NCBI GenBank assembly: GCA_964504885.1
Contig: CAZDGC010000020.1
Coordinates: forward strand, 3,552 to 67,551
Source of the DNA: an uncultured Opitutus sp.
Lineage (GTDB): Bacteria; Verrucomicrobiota; Verrucomicrobiia; Opitutales; Opitutaceae
Direction of reading: 5' to 3'
DNA: 64,000 nucleotides
A program made the position numbers and the translations under genes. Below the pieces are notes generated by a model, which did not search any database, was not told where the DNA came from, and saw only the letters and a program-made list of their open reading frames with translations. Below, one piece after another: positions 47,004-58,941 of the stretch (positions within the stretch are counted from its first letter, which is position 1; each line of letters begins with the position of its first letter).

Positions 47004-48416
47004 ATGCTCCCTAATCGGTCGAACGGCCTTGCCAATGCGTTCGCAGTCGCCCTGCTGCTGGCGAATTTGCTGCTGTTCGTGTTGTTGTGGCGGCTCTGGG
47101 CGCTGACTCCATGGAGCGATGCGGAAGTGCACGTCCGCCTGGGCTCGTACCTCGGGGTGGTGTTCATCGGTCTGTTCTATGTTTCGCGGCGCCTCTATGC
47201 GCAGCGGGCGCGGATCACCGCCCTGCCCGTGGTCGATCGCATCGCGTTCTCGCTGCGGCTGGTGGTGGGTTTTCTGCTGGGCGCGGCGCTGATTCATTTT
47301 GCGACGGGTCCGCAACCGCCGGAACGGCTTTTCATCCTGGCATTCATCGCCGCCTCGTTTCCCTTCAATTTCCTGATGTTGCGACTGCTGCCGGAGATGC
47401 TCGTGCGGCGGTTCTTTCCCCGGCATCAGCGCGGCCGGGTGGTGCTTGTGGGCGCGGGGGCGCTCCCGGCCTCCCTGCGCGACTACCTCGATCGCTCCCA
47501 GGCGCTCGGGATCGAGATTGCGGGGTACCACAGTGACGCCCCCTTGCCCGGGCTGCCCTGGCCCTATTTGGGGACGGTCGACGCGCTGCGGGGAGGCGGT
47601 CGCGCCGGCGGGCCGGCGCCGGATTGCGTGGTCGCTTACAACTTCGACCACACGGCGGCGAACTTCCGCGACCTCGTGCGGCATTGCGCCAGCGGTGGCA
47701 TCCGGCTCCAGGCGTTTGCACGCCTCGCCAACCTCGATGCCGAACCCGTGGAGCTGGTGGCGGACGGCGACCTGAATTTTCTCGTCTTCATGAAGGAGCC
47801 GCTCGAGGACCCGCTCAACCGGCTCATCAAGCGGGCCCTGGATCTGGCGGTCGCAATTCCCGTGGTCTTCCTGCTCCTGCCCTGGCTCACCCTGCTGGTC
47901 TGGATCATTCAGCGGCGATATTCGCCCGGCCCGATTCTCTTCAAGCAGGTGCGCTTCGGCGCCAACCGCCGCCCCTTCCAAATCTACAAGTTCCGCACCA
48001 TGCACCAGGCGGCCAGCGACCTCGGCCGCGAATTTGTCCAGGCCCGGGCCGGCGATCCGCGCGTTTACCCGCTGGGCGATTTTCTGCGACGCTCGAGCCT
48101 CGATGAATTTCCCCAGTTCCTCAACGTCCTCAAGGGCGAGATGAGCGTGGTCGGTCCGCGGCCCCATCCGATCAAACTCGATCAGGACATGGAAGGCGCG
48201 TTCCTGGCCTACCGCTCGCGGCACTTCGTGCGGCCAGGCATCACCGGCTATGCCCAGGTGCTCGGGCTGCGCGGCGAGACCCCCCATCCGGGCCTCATGG
48301 TCGAACGGGTGCGCCGCGATCTGCAGTACATCAGCGGCTGGTCGCTGACCTTCGATCTCAAGATCATCCTGCAGACCGCGTGGCAGATGGTGTCACCGCC
48401 GGCCCGCGCGTACTGA
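47004..48416 (+). CDS. Priming polyprenyl-phosphate glycosylphosphotransferase (WcaJ-like)
   Basis: KRALD, KFRTM, SLDEFPQFLNVLKGEMSVVGPRP, RPGITGYAQV. Confidence 0.93.
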   Translation: MLPNRSNGLANAFAVALLLANLLLFVLLWRLWALTPWSDAEVHVRLGSYLGVVFIGLFYVSRRLYAQRARITALPVVDRIAFSLRLVVGFLLGAALIHFATGPQPPERLFILAFIAASFPFNFLMLRLLPEMLVRRFFPRHQRGRVVLVGAGALPASLRDYLDRSQALGIEIAGYHSDAPLPGLPWPYLGTVDALRGGGRAGGPAPDCVVAYNFDHTAANFRDLVRHCASGGIRLQAFARLANLDAEPVELVADGDLNFLVFMKEPLEDPLNRLIKRALDLAVAIPVVFLLLPWLTLLVWIIQRRYSPGPILFKQVRFGANRRPFQIYKFRTMHQAASDLGREFVQARAGDPRVYPLGDFLRRSSLDEFPQFLNVLKGEMSVVGPRPHPIKLDQDMEGAFLAYRSRHFVRPGITGYAQVLGLRGETPHPGLMVERVRRDLQYISGWSLTFDLKIILQTAWQMVSPPARAY

Positions 48417-48469
48417 AGCGGCAGCCTGGGCTCGTCAATCGGAGAGTGGCCGTCTCAAGTAGCGCGATC

Positions 48470-49333
48470 ATGTCGAGCAGTCCTGCGGTCACTCCCGCCA
48501 AACGTCTTCGCTTTGCCGCGATTCGGGTGATCCGCCGGGCCGGGCTCCTGGCGGCCGCGGACTACGGCCGGTTTCAGCTCCGGCGCTGGCAGACCGCCGC
48601 CGCCAATCGCGATTTTCTCGACCGACATCCGGAATTTGTGCCGCCGCCGGAGGATCTGGCGTTCGATGCCTACAACCACGTCGACTGGCATCGCTACCAC
48701 GAAGGCGGGCGGCTGCACGCCGCGTTCTTTGCCCGCATCGTCCGGGAGGCATTGCCCGACACCCTGCTGAGCGTGTTGGAGTGGGGTTGCGGCCCCGGGC
48801 GCATCATCCGGCACCTGCCGGCGCAGCTCGGGGGACGGCTCGCGGAGCTCGTCGGGACCGACTACAATCCGCGCACCATCGCCTGGTGCCGGAGCGCGCT
48901 GGCGCCGATCCGATTCGAGGGGAACGCGCTCCTGCCACCGCTGCCCTTTCCTGATCGCCGCTTCAACGTCACCTACAACTTCTCGGTCTTCACCCACCTG
49001 TCGGAAGCCGTCCAACTCGCCTGGGCTGCGGAGCTCCATCGCGTACTCCAGCCCGGCGGTATCCTGATCTGCACCACGCAGGGCCGCGGCTACTGGCACC
49101 TGCTGGCCTCGGATGCGGAGCGCGCCCGCTTCGATCGGGGCGAGGTGGTGGTGCAGGCCGGTTACAAGGAAGGGGCGAAGTGGTATTTCGCGGTGCATCC
49201 GGAACCGTACGTCCGCCAGCGCCTGCTGAAGGATTTTGCCGTGGTGGAACGCATCCCGACCCTGGAATCGGACGGCCTGCCGGCCGACCTCTGCCCGCAG
49301 GACGTCTGGCTCGCCCGCAAGGCGGGCGGGTGA
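48470..49333 (+). CDS. Class I SAM-dependent methyltransferase
   Basis: VLEWGCGPGR, SVFTHL, ELHRVLQPGG. Confidence 0.9.
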   Translation: MSSSPAVTPAKRLRFAAIRVIRRAGLLAAADYGRFQLRRWQTAAANRDFLDRHPEFVPPPEDLAFDAYNHVDWHRYHEGGRLHAAFFARIVREALPDTLLSVLEWGCGPGRIIRHLPAQLGGRLAELVGTDYNPRTIAWCRSALAPIRFEGNALLPPLPFPDRRFNVTYNFSVFTHLSEAVQLAWAAELHRVLQPGGILICTTQGRGYWHLLASDAERARFDRGEVVVQAGYKEGAKWYFAVHPEPYVRQRLLKDFAVVERIPTLESDGLPADLCPQDVWLARKAGG

Positions 49334-49384
49334 TGCGCCCGCGCCTTGCCTTTGGCGCGGGGGGCGCGACGCTGACCGTTTCCC

Positions 49385-51235
<1,851 letters not shown>

Positions 51236-51311
51236 GCGGCGCGCGGATCGGCGGCGCCCGCGCGAAGCCCGCGCACCGGCCGGCCGCTCCGCCGCTCCGG
51301 AGTCCGCGCGC

Positions 51312-52508
51312 TCAGGTCCGCACCTTCAGCTCCGGGAACTCCCGGCTGCGCACCTTCGCGATCGGCTCACCCGCCACCTCGATGCGCGCGAAATCAAGCG
51401 TCCCCAGGCCGGCCTGCTCGGCCAACACCAGGTGGTTGTCGCCCGGGCCAAAGGGAATCGTGCCCCGCGGCGCCCGCACATTCGGAAATCCCATCACGGC
51501 CGTGCCGACGGCGTCCGTCGCCACCGGGTCAAAACCGCAGATGATCACCCCCGGCCGCGCGATCTTCTGATCCACGCCTTTCACCCAGGGCCCTTCCGAC
51601 CAATTCAGCGTCGTAATTCCATCGATGATACCCAGGTGGATCGGCCGCGCGGTGCACACATCAGTGATGATGCGCGGCACGCGGTAGCCCGCGTCCTTCG
51701 GCTCGAAGAACTCCCGCTTGGACCCGGGCGGATCAAACACCGCCGGATTGTCGCGGCCCTCCCAACCCTTCAGGTTGTGCAGCCGTCCCCGACCCTTCAG
51801 CCCCTGCTCCGACGGCGCCTCGTCGCCGTAAAGTGCGTTGGGCGTGATGCCGAAGAGGTTCTTCATCGTCAGCGTAATGCCGGTCGTGATGTGCGTCTTC
51901 AGCTTGCAGAGCGACACGAACACGTCGCAGTCCGCGTACGAGTGGTTCAGCTCGAAACCGTCGAACAGATGCCCGCCGGTCGGCACCTTGAACGACGCGT
52001 ACTGCTTCGCCTGCCCCAGATTCCGCGTGCACTCCGCCTCCACCCGGCCCATCGCCTGCAACCCCCGCCAGTCGAAACCCGCCTCCACCAAGGTCTGGTC
52101 GAGGGGCTGGGGCCGCGTCGACGACTCCAGGTAGCGCACCCGCCGCGCCCCCGCCGCCAGCAGCGCCGCCGTCAGCGCCATCACCGTCGCCGGATGCGTC
52201 ATGTAACTTTCCCCCACCGGCCGGCCCAGGTGCGGCGTAAACTTCGATCCCGTGAGATTGATCTTCACCGCCACCGTCTTGTCCTTCACCAGCCGCCCGA
52301 GCCCGCCCAGCAGGTCGAAGCTCCGATCCAGCGCCGCCCGCACCTCCGGGCCATAACCGCGACAACGGACAATCGCCACGCGGGTGTTGCGGCCGGCGGG
52401 GGCGACTCCGGCCGCCCGGACGGCCGGTCCCAGGGCCGCGCCCAGCAGCGCGCCCGCCCCGACCTGGAGAAATTCGCGACGACGATAGGAATGGGGCTCG
52501 TGGGTCAT
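51312..52508 (-). CDS. Tat-exported DUF362 domain protein
   Basis: RRREFL signal, VKINL, THP, KLKTH..GITLTMKNLFG, IIDGI, DPVATD. Confidence 0.85.
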   Translation of the reverse strand: MTHEPHSYRRREFLQVGAGALLGAALGPAVRAAGVAPAGRNTRVAIVRCRGYGPEVRAALDRSFDLLGGLGRLVKDKTVAVKINLTGSKFTPHLGRPVGESYMTHPATVMALTAALLAAGARRVRYLESSTRPQPLDQTLVEAGFDWRGLQAMGRVEAECTRNLGQAKQYASFKVPTGGHLFDGFELNHSYADCDVFVSLCKLKTHITTGITLTMKNLFGITPNALYGDEAPSEQGLKGRGRLHNLKGWEGRDNPAVFDPPGSKREFFEPKDAGYRVPRIITDVCTARPIHLGIIDGITTLNWSEGPWVKGVDQKIARPGVIICGFDPVATDAVGTAVMGFPNVRAPRGTIPFGPGDNHLVLAEQAGLGTLDFARIEVAGEPIAKVRSREFPELKVRT

Positions 52509-52610
52509 GCCTCCTGCTTGGTGAATTTTCATGCCCAGGGCCATCCGGAACTTGCCGCCCGCACTTGGGTTTTGACGCCTGAAACCAAAGCCGTTCCCCT
52601 GCGCGCGACC

Positions 52611-54116
52611 ATGACGCGCCTGTTCCCCGCCGTCGCCGCCGCGCTGGCGGCCGCGACCGCCACCCTCGCCGCCCCGGCCGGTTCCTCCGTTCCGATCCTG
52701 CCCCTGCCCCTCGACAGCTACCGCGAGCCCGCGGGCGCCGGCCTGTGGGAGGTGCTCAGCCACCGCGTCCAGGTGGAACCGTTCAACCTCGTCGCGCTGC
52801 TGATCTTCGGAAGCGCGATCCTCCACACCTTCTTCGCCGCGAAAATCCGCCACTGGGCCCATCTCGTCGAGGAGCGGCACGCCGCCCGGCTGCAGCAGCG
52901 CGGTCCGATCACGGACATCGATGGCGACGGCCGGCCGGACGAGGTGAGCTTCGGCGGGCAGGTGCTGCATTTCTTCGGGGAAATCGAGGCCGTATTCGGC
53001 CTCTGGGTGATCGTGCTGGCCGGCGCCATTACGTGGATGAAGGGCTGGCCGGCGGTGGTCGGCTACATCAGCGGCAAGGTCAGCTACATCGAGCCCCTCT
53101 TCGTCGTCATCATCATGGCCCTGGCGGCGACGCGGCCCGTGCTCGATTTCGCGGAGCGCTGCCTGCGCGGGGTGGCGGCGCTGGGCGGCGGCACGCCGGC
53201 CGCCTGGTGGCTCTCGATCCTGATTCTGGCGCCGCTGCTCGGCTCGTTCATCACCGAACCCGCCGCGATGACGATCGCCGCCCTGCTGCTCGCCCGCCAG
53301 TTCTACGAGCTCAAGCCGAGTCCGACGCTCGCCTACGGCACGCTCGGGCTGCTGTTCGTCAACATCTCCGTCGGCGGCACGCTGACCAACTTCGCCGCGC
53401 CGCCCGTCATCATGGTGGCGGCCCCGTGGGGCTGGGATCTCGCCTTCATGTTCAAGCACTTTGGCACCCGCGCGACGATCGGCGTGGTCAGCGCCACCCT
53501 GCTCTACTTCGTGATCTTCCGCCGCGAACTCCACGCGCTGGCCCGGGTGGCCGCCACCCGGCCGGCGGCGCCGGTCCGCCCGCCCGTGCCGCTCTGGATC
53601 ACCTGCGTGCACGTCGGGTTCCTCGCCTTCACGGTCTGGCAGGCCCACTTCCCGGTGATGTTCGTCGGTGCGTTCCTGTTCTTCCTCGCCTTTGCCCAGG
53701 CCACCGCGCACCACCAGAACCCGATCGATCTCAAGCCGCCCGTGCTCGTCGGCTTCTTCCTCGCCGGGCTCGTCATCCACGGCGGATTGCAGTCGTGGTG
53801 GATTCAACCGGTGCTCACCCGCCTCGGCGAGGTACCGCTCTTCTTCGGCTCCACCGTGCTGACGGCCTTCAACGACAATGCCGCCATCACCTACCTCGCC
53901 TCGCTCGTGCCCGGCTTCACCGACGAACTCAAATACGCCGTGGTCGCCGGCGCGGTGACCGGCGGCGGCCTCACCGTCATCGCCAACGCCCCCAACCCCG
54001 CCGGCCAGGCGATCCTCGCCCGCTTCTTCCCGGAGGGCGTCGCCCCGGCCAAGCTCGCCCTCGCGGCCCTCGCCCCCACCGCCATCATGTGCGCGGCCTT
54101 CCTGCTCGCGCGGTAG
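52611..54116 (+). CDS. Putative Na+/H+ antiporter (DUF1504)
   Basis: AILHTF, GEIEAVFGLW, GSFITEPAAMT, VNISVGG, GGGLTVIANAPNPAG. Confidence 0.85.
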   Translation: MTRLFPAVAAALAAATATLAAPAGSSVPILPLPLDSYREPAGAGLWEVLSHRVQVEPFNLVALLIFGSAILHTFFAAKIRHWAHLVEERHAARLQQRGPITDIDGDGRPDEVSFGGQVLHFFGEIEAVFGLWVIVLAGAITWMKGWPAVVGYISGKVSYIEPLFVVIIMALAATRPVLDFAERCLRGVAALGGGTPAAWWLSILILAPLLGSFITEPAAMTIAALLLARQFYELKPSPTLAYGTLGLLFVNISVGGTLTNFAAPPVIMVAAPWGWDLAFMFKHFGTRATIGVVSATLLYFVIFRRELHALARVAATRPAAPVRPPVPLWITCVHVGFLAFTVWQAHFPVMFVGAFLFFLAFAQATAHHQNPIDLKPPVLVGFFLAGLVIHGGLQSWWIQPVLTRLGEVPLFFGSTVLTAFNDNAAITYLASLVPGFTDELKYAVVAGAVTGGGLTVIANAPNPAGQAILARFFPEGVAPAKLALAALAPTAIMCAAFLLAR

Positions 54117-54137
54117 CGGCGGGGTGCACCCCCTGCC

Positions 54138-55685
54138 ATGACCCCCCCGCTCTCCGCCGCCGTTCTCCTCCTCCTGTTGCTGCCGGCCGCCACCGCGGTC
54201 GCCGCCGACTCCGCGCCCCGCCGCCTCACTCGCGCGGAGCTCCGCGACAAAATCCAGGGCGCCTGGGCCGGCCAGATGGCCGGCGTGGCTTATGGCGCCA
54301 GGACCGAGTTCAAAGCCCGCGGCTCCCGGTACGAGACGGAGATCAAACCCGAGCCGCTGACCAACGCCCTCGGGCAGGACGACCTCTACGTCGAGATGAC
54401 CTTCGCCCACGTGCTCGACACCGTGGGACCCGACGCCACCGCCGCCGACTTCGGCGCCGCGTTCCGCGACTCGCAGTACCGCCTCTGGCACGCCAACGCC
54501 GCCGCCCGCCGCAACCTGCAGCGCGGCCTCCTGCCCCCGCTCTCCGGCCACCCGCGCTACAACGCGCACGCCGATGACATCGATTTCCAGATCGAGGCCG
54601 ACTTCATCGGCATCATGTGCCCGGGCCTGCCCCAGGCCGCCCACGATCTCTGCGACCGCGTCGGCCGCATCATGAACCACGGCGACGGCCTCTACGGCGG
54701 CCTGTTTGTCGCCGGCCTCTACGCCGCCGCGTTCTTCGAAACCGATCCTCGCGCCGTGGTCGCCGCCGGGCTCGCCGGCCTTCCGCCCGCCAGCGCCTAC
54801 GCCCGCCTCGTGCGCGATGTCCTCGCCTGGTCACAGGAACACCCGGACGACTGGCGCGCCGTCTGGCAGCAGGTCCAGGACCGCTGGGATGTCGACGACG
54901 GCTGCCCCACCGGCGCCCTCAACCCCTACAACATCGACGCCAAGCTCAACGGCGCCTACATCGCCATCGGCCTCCTGCACGGGCGCGGCGACTGGACGCG
55001 TACGCTGGAAATCTCGACCCGCTGCGGCCAGGACTCCGACTGCAACCCCTCCAGCGCCGCCGGCGTGCTCGGCACGATGCTCGGCTACGCGGCTCTGCCC
55101 GCCGCGCTGCGAAGCGAACTGGAGGTGATCGCCGACCGGAAGTTCGAATTCACCCAGTATTCGTTCCGCTCAATCGTCGCTTCCACCGAACGCCGCGCCC
55201 TCGCCCAGATTCAGCGGGCGGGCGGCACCGTGACCGACCGCGAAGTGATCCTCCCACGACAGGCGCCGCGCCCGCCGCCGCTGGAGCAGTGCGACTTCGG
55301 CCGGCCGGTGCGGCTCGTCGAGGCCCGCAACCCCGCCTGGACCTGGCGCGGAGCCTGGCAGGAGCAGAAGGATCAGCGCACGACCTCCGCCGCCGGCGCC
55401 GAGGCCGAACTGCGCTTCCACGGCACCGGCGTCGCCCTGGTCGGGCCGTTGTCGCAACAGGGCGGGCGCGCGGACGTGTTCATCGACGGCCGGAAACACG
55501 AACTGGTGGCCGACGCCTACGTGGGGCCCAACCTGATCGATCAGGATCTGTGGCGGGTCTTCGATCTGCCGCCCGGCGAGCACGTGCTCCGGCTCGTCAC
55601 GCGCGCCGAGGCCGATCCGCGGAGCAGCGGCCGCACCGTCGGCCTGCGCCGGGCGGTGATCTACTCGCGAACGGAGACCCGGTAG
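54138..55685 (+). CDS. Secreted ADP-ribosylglycohydrolase family protein with C-terminal beta-sandwich domain
   Basis: Signal peptide, DKIQGAWAGQMAG, QDDLY, DIDFQIEAD, GQDSDCN, C-terminal FHGTGV..GRADVFIDG. Confidence 0.85.
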   Translation: MTPPLSAAVLLLLLLPAATAVAADSAPRRLTRAELRDKIQGAWAGQMAGVAYGARTEFKARGSRYETEIKPEPLTNALGQDDLYVEMTFAHVLDTVGPDATAADFGAAFRDSQYRLWHANAAARRNLQRGLLPPLSGHPRYNAHADDIDFQIEADFIGIMCPGLPQAAHDLCDRVGRIMNHGDGLYGGLFVAGLYAAAFFETDPRAVVAAGLAGLPPASAYARLVRDVLAWSQEHPDDWRAVWQQVQDRWDVDDGCPTGALNPYNIDAKLNGAYIAIGLLHGRGDWTRTLEISTRCGQDSDCNPSSAAGVLGTMLGYAALPAALRSELEVIADRKFEFTQYSFRSIVASTERRALAQIQRAGGTVTDREVILPRQAPRPPPLEQCDFGRPVRLVEARNPAWTWRGAWQEQKDQRTTSAAGAEAELRFHGTGVALVGPLSQQGGRADVFIDGRKHELVADAYVGPNLIDQDLWRVFDLPPGEHVLRLVTRAEADPRSSGRTVGLRRAVIYSRTETR

Positions 55686-55836
55686 CGATCGCCGGGCGCC
55701 CCCGGGTGCATCTGCCCGTTGGCGGCCTCTCCGCCTCGCTCCCGCTTCTCCCGCAGCGGGCCGCCCCCCGGAAATCGCCGGTTGACGCGGGGGCCGGCGG
55801 GCCGCGAGCCTCCGGGCTTTCCCTTCGAACCCTCCG

Positions 55837-56940
55837 ATGATTCGCGTCTTCGTTTCCGGGTGTTACGACATCCTCCACGCCGGCCACGTGCAGTTCTTCA
55901 CCGAGGCTCGGGCGCTCGGCGATCACCTCACGGTCTGTTTTGCCTCCGCGGACGTGCTCTGGCTACACAAACAGCGGCGCAGCTCCCTGCCGGACGAACA
56001 CAAGCGCGCCCTGCTGGCCGCCCTGCGCATGGTCGACGACGTCGTGGTCGGCACCGGCACCGAGCCGGGCATCGATTTCCGCGAGCACTTCCTGCGCCTG
56101 CGGCCGGATATTCTCGCGGTGACGGAGGACGACAAGTACGGCCCCCTCAAGCGGGCGCTGTGTGCCGAGGTGGGGGCGAAGTATGTCGTGATGGCGAAGA
56201 CGCCCCCGCAGTTCCCGCCGGTGTCGACCACCCAGATTGTGCGGTTCATCCGGGCACCCGAGGTGGCGCCGTTGCGGGTGGATTTCGGCGGCGGCTGGCT
56301 TGATGTGCCGCGGCTGGCCCGGCCCGGGGCGTACATCGTCAACTGCGCGATCTCTCCGACCGTCTCGCTGCGCGACTGGCCCTACGAGCGCAACTCCGGC
56401 CTCGGCGGCTCGGGCGCGTGGGCGTTGCTCAACGGCCGCGACGGCATCAGCTCGGAGCTGGATCTGGGCGTCGGCTGGCAGGATCCGGCCGTGGTGGCGG
56501 AGACCGGCCTGTGCGTCTGGCGCAGCGGCCCGCGGCCGGAGCTGGAGATCAAAACCAGCGGCGACTTCCTGCGCGGGCGGCTGGCGCTGCGCTGGACGGG
56601 CACCCCGCACGACACGCCCGGCATCGTGCACGGCGCCCGCGATTATGAGGCGATCGCCCGCGCCGGAGCGACCGCGCGGGAGGCGGTGTGGCGCAGCGAT
56701 CCGGCGGGCCTGGCCGACGCCGTGCGGCAGTCGTACGCCGTGCAACGGGCCGAGGGGATGGGCCCGCTGCCCGGGGATCCGGCGGCGGAGGAGGAAGCGC
56801 CGGGCGCGCTCGGCTGGAAATACTGCGGCGGCGGCTTCGGCGGCTACGCGGTGTACCTGTTCGCCGAGCCGGCGGCGCGCGACGCCGCCTGCGCCCGGCC
56901 CGGCTTCCGGCCGATCGAGCCCTACGTGGCGGCGCGATGA
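55837..56940 (+). CDS. Cytidylyltransferase-like (HxGH) domain fused to a compact GHMP kinase-like domain
   Basis: GCYDILHAGH, then PLRVDFGGGWLD, SGLGGSG, GWQD, KYCGGGFGGY. Confidence 0.8.
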   Translation: MIRVFVSGCYDILHAGHVQFFTEARALGDHLTVCFASADVLWLHKQRRSSLPDEHKRALLAALRMVDDVVVGTGTEPGIDFREHFLRLRPDILAVTEDDKYGPLKRALCAEVGAKYVVMAKTPPQFPPVSTTQIVRFIRAPEVAPLRVDFGGGWLDVPRLARPGAYIVNCAISPTVSLRDWPYERNSGLGGSGAWALLNGRDGISSELDLGVGWQDPAVVAETGLCVWRSGPRPELEIKTSGDFLRGRLALRWTGTPHDTPGIVHGARDYEAIARAGATAREAVWRSDPAGLADAVRQSYAVQRAEGMGPLPGDPAAEEEAPGALGWKYCGGGFGGYAVYLFAEPAARDAACARPGFRPIEPYVAAR

Positions 56941-57812
56941 GACGCGCGCCCGCGTGGATCCTCTCCGTGGCCGCCGCCGCTTCCGGCGCCGCGCCCGCGA
57001 CGTCCTCGCTCCCGGATCTCGCCACCGTGCCGCCGGACTTGACGGTGCCGGCGGCGCAGGCGAGGCCGCCGGCGCCCGGCGTGCGCAGCGTGCAGACCAC
57101 CGCGGGCTGGGAGGGCACGGCGGTCCATCACACCCTCTACCTGCCGGTGGACTGGGCGCCGGGCCGGCGTTATCCGGTGCTCGTCGAATACGCGGGCAAC
57201 GGCGGCTACCGCAACGCCTACGGCGACGTTTCCGAGGGCACGGTCGAAGGCTGCCGCCTCGGCTACGGCCTCAGCGCGGGCCGCGGCTTCCTCTGGCTGT
57301 GCCTGCCGTTCATCGAGGGCGCCGGGGCGCAGCGGCGCAACGCCCCCCGGTGGTGGGGCGACGTCGCGGAGACCAAACGCTACTGCCTCGCCACCGTCCG
57401 CGACGCCGTGGCGCGCTGGGGCGGCGACCCGGACGCGGTGGTGTTCAGCGGGTTCTCGCGCGGTGCGATCGCGGCCAACTTCCTCGGCCTGCACGACGAT
57501 GAGATCGCCCCGCGGTGGCGCGCCTTCTTCTGCCACAGCCACTACGACGGCGTGAGCGAGCGGTGGCCGTACGCCGGCGCGGATCGGGCCTCCGCGCTGG
57601 CGCGGCTCGCCCGGCTGGCGGGGCGCCCGCAGTTCATCAGTCACGAAGGTTCCACGGCCGCGACCGAGGCGTGGCTGCGCTCGACCGGCGTCGACGGCCG
57701 CTGGACCTTTGTGGCGATCCCGTTCCGCAATCACTCCCCGGACTGGCTGTTGCGCGACCTGCCCGAACGCCGCGCCGCCCGCGCCTGGCTGGCCGCGGTG
57801 GTGGCGAGGTGA
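56937..57812 (+). CDS. Secreted alpha/beta-hydrolase-like protein
   Basis: LYLPVDW..YPVLVEY, GFSRG nucleophile elbow, terminal NH. Confidence 0.7.
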   Translation: MRRAPAWILSVAAAASGAAPATSSLPDLATVPPDLTVPAAQARPPAPGVRSVQTTAGWEGTAVHHTLYLPVDWAPGRRYPVLVEYAGNGGYRNAYGDVSEGTVEGCRLGYGLSAGRGFLWLCLPFIEGAGAQRRNAPRWWGDVAETKRYCLATVRDAVARWGGDPDAVVFSGFSRGAIAANFLGLHDDEIAPRWRAFFCHSHYDGVSERWPYAGADRASALARLARLAGRPQFISHEGSTAATEAWLRSTGVDGRWTFVAIPFRNHSPDWLLRDLPERRAARAWLAAVVAR

Positions 57813-57917
57813 AGCGGAAACTTTCCGCTTCTGCCGAAACGAGCCACGGCGTTTCCGGGGCGGGCGACGCTTGACCGTGGCCCGGCGCGTCGGCGCCGGG
57901 CCGTTCCGCCGCGGGCT

Positions 57918-58916
57918 TCAGCCGCGGGCAGGCGGCTTGAGCTGCAGGATCAGGTTGGCGAGCGTGATGAGCCCGCCGCCGGCCAGCAGCGACCAGGTGG
58001 CGCTCTCGTTGGGATAATGGATGGCGGCCCAGATCGACAGCCACGCCGGCAGAAAGAGCGCCAGGGCGGAGCCGAAGATCGGCTCGATGCAGTAGATCAG
58101 TCCCGCTTCGGTGGCGGTGATCTTCGGCTGCCAGGCGTTCATCAGCGAGAAGGCGCCGATCGTGCAGAAAAGGGTCAGCGCCAGGGTGAACGCCAGCCAC
58201 ACCGGCGAGCGCCACGGCGCCAGCAGCGCCGCGGCATCCGGCGCGGTGACGCCGGCGAGGACCGCGAAGATCACCGCTTCGGTGGCGAACATCACCCACG
58301 TGATCTTCTCCGGCCGGTTGCCGGCGAAATCGCGCCGCTCCAGGGTGAGAATCTGCCCCATGAAGAAGAGGGAGCTGAGCAGCGTCTCCCACTCGCCGCG
58401 GCCGAGCGCCAGCCCCCCGCCGCCCCGCAGTTGCTCCAGCGGATTGAAGCGACCGAGTACCGCGACGCCGGCGAGCACGAGCGCGCAGCACGCCCAGACG
58501 CGCACCCCGGGGTCGCGGCGCGAGCGCAGCGCAATCCACACCGGAATCAGGATGGCGTAGAACTGGGTGAGAAACGCCGAGGTGCTGGCATGCGTGAACT
58601 GCAGCCCGTCGTTCTGGAAGAGCATGCCGGCGGCGGCGAAGAGCCCGAGCAGCACGCCCTGGTGCCATTCACGCGGCGTGGCCCGCCAGGCGTCGCGCGG
58701 CCGCCACGCCAGCAGGATCAGCACGGCCAGCAGGAATCGCGGCGCCACGGTGTAAATCGCCGCGAACCACGTGCCCGCCTGCGGCACCAGTTGCGCGTGC
58801 AGCAGGGTCAGGGCCTTGATCAACGGAAAGCTCAATCCCCAGAAAAGGTTGGCGACCAGCAGCAGCAGGATCGCCCGGCCGTGGTCGGCGGAAGCAGCGC
58901 GGGCGGCGGAGCTCAT
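57918..58916 (-). CDS. DMT/EamA family transporter
   Basis: FWGLSF, RF, GLQFT.AS.SAFLT, IEPIF. About 10 TMs. Confidence 0.9.
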   Translation of the reverse strand: MSSAARAASADHGRAILLLLVANLFWGLSFPLIKALTLLHAQLVPQAGTWFAAIYTVAPRFLLAVLILLAWRPRDAWRATPREWHQGVLLGLFAAAGMLFQNDGLQFTHASTSAFLTQFYAILIPVWIALRSRRDPGVRVWACCALVLAGVAVLGRFNPLEQLRGGGGLALGRGEWETLLSSLFFMGQILTLERRDFAGNRPEKITWVMFATEAVIFAVLAGVTAPDAAALLAPWRSPVWLAFTLALTLFCTIGAFSLMNAWQPKITATEAGLIYCIEPIFGSALALFLPAWLSIWAAIHYPNESATWSLLAGGGLITLANLILQLKPPARG

Positions 58917-58941
58917 CGGATCGCGGAGCGACGGGCGGGGT

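Noticed and set aside
51312..54680. Apparent 1122-aa protein
   Set aside because: Only 51312-52508 (DUF362, Tat signal) is coding. The rest is antisense to the antiporter and hydrolase genes. The same applies to the extended 51432-54116 ORF.
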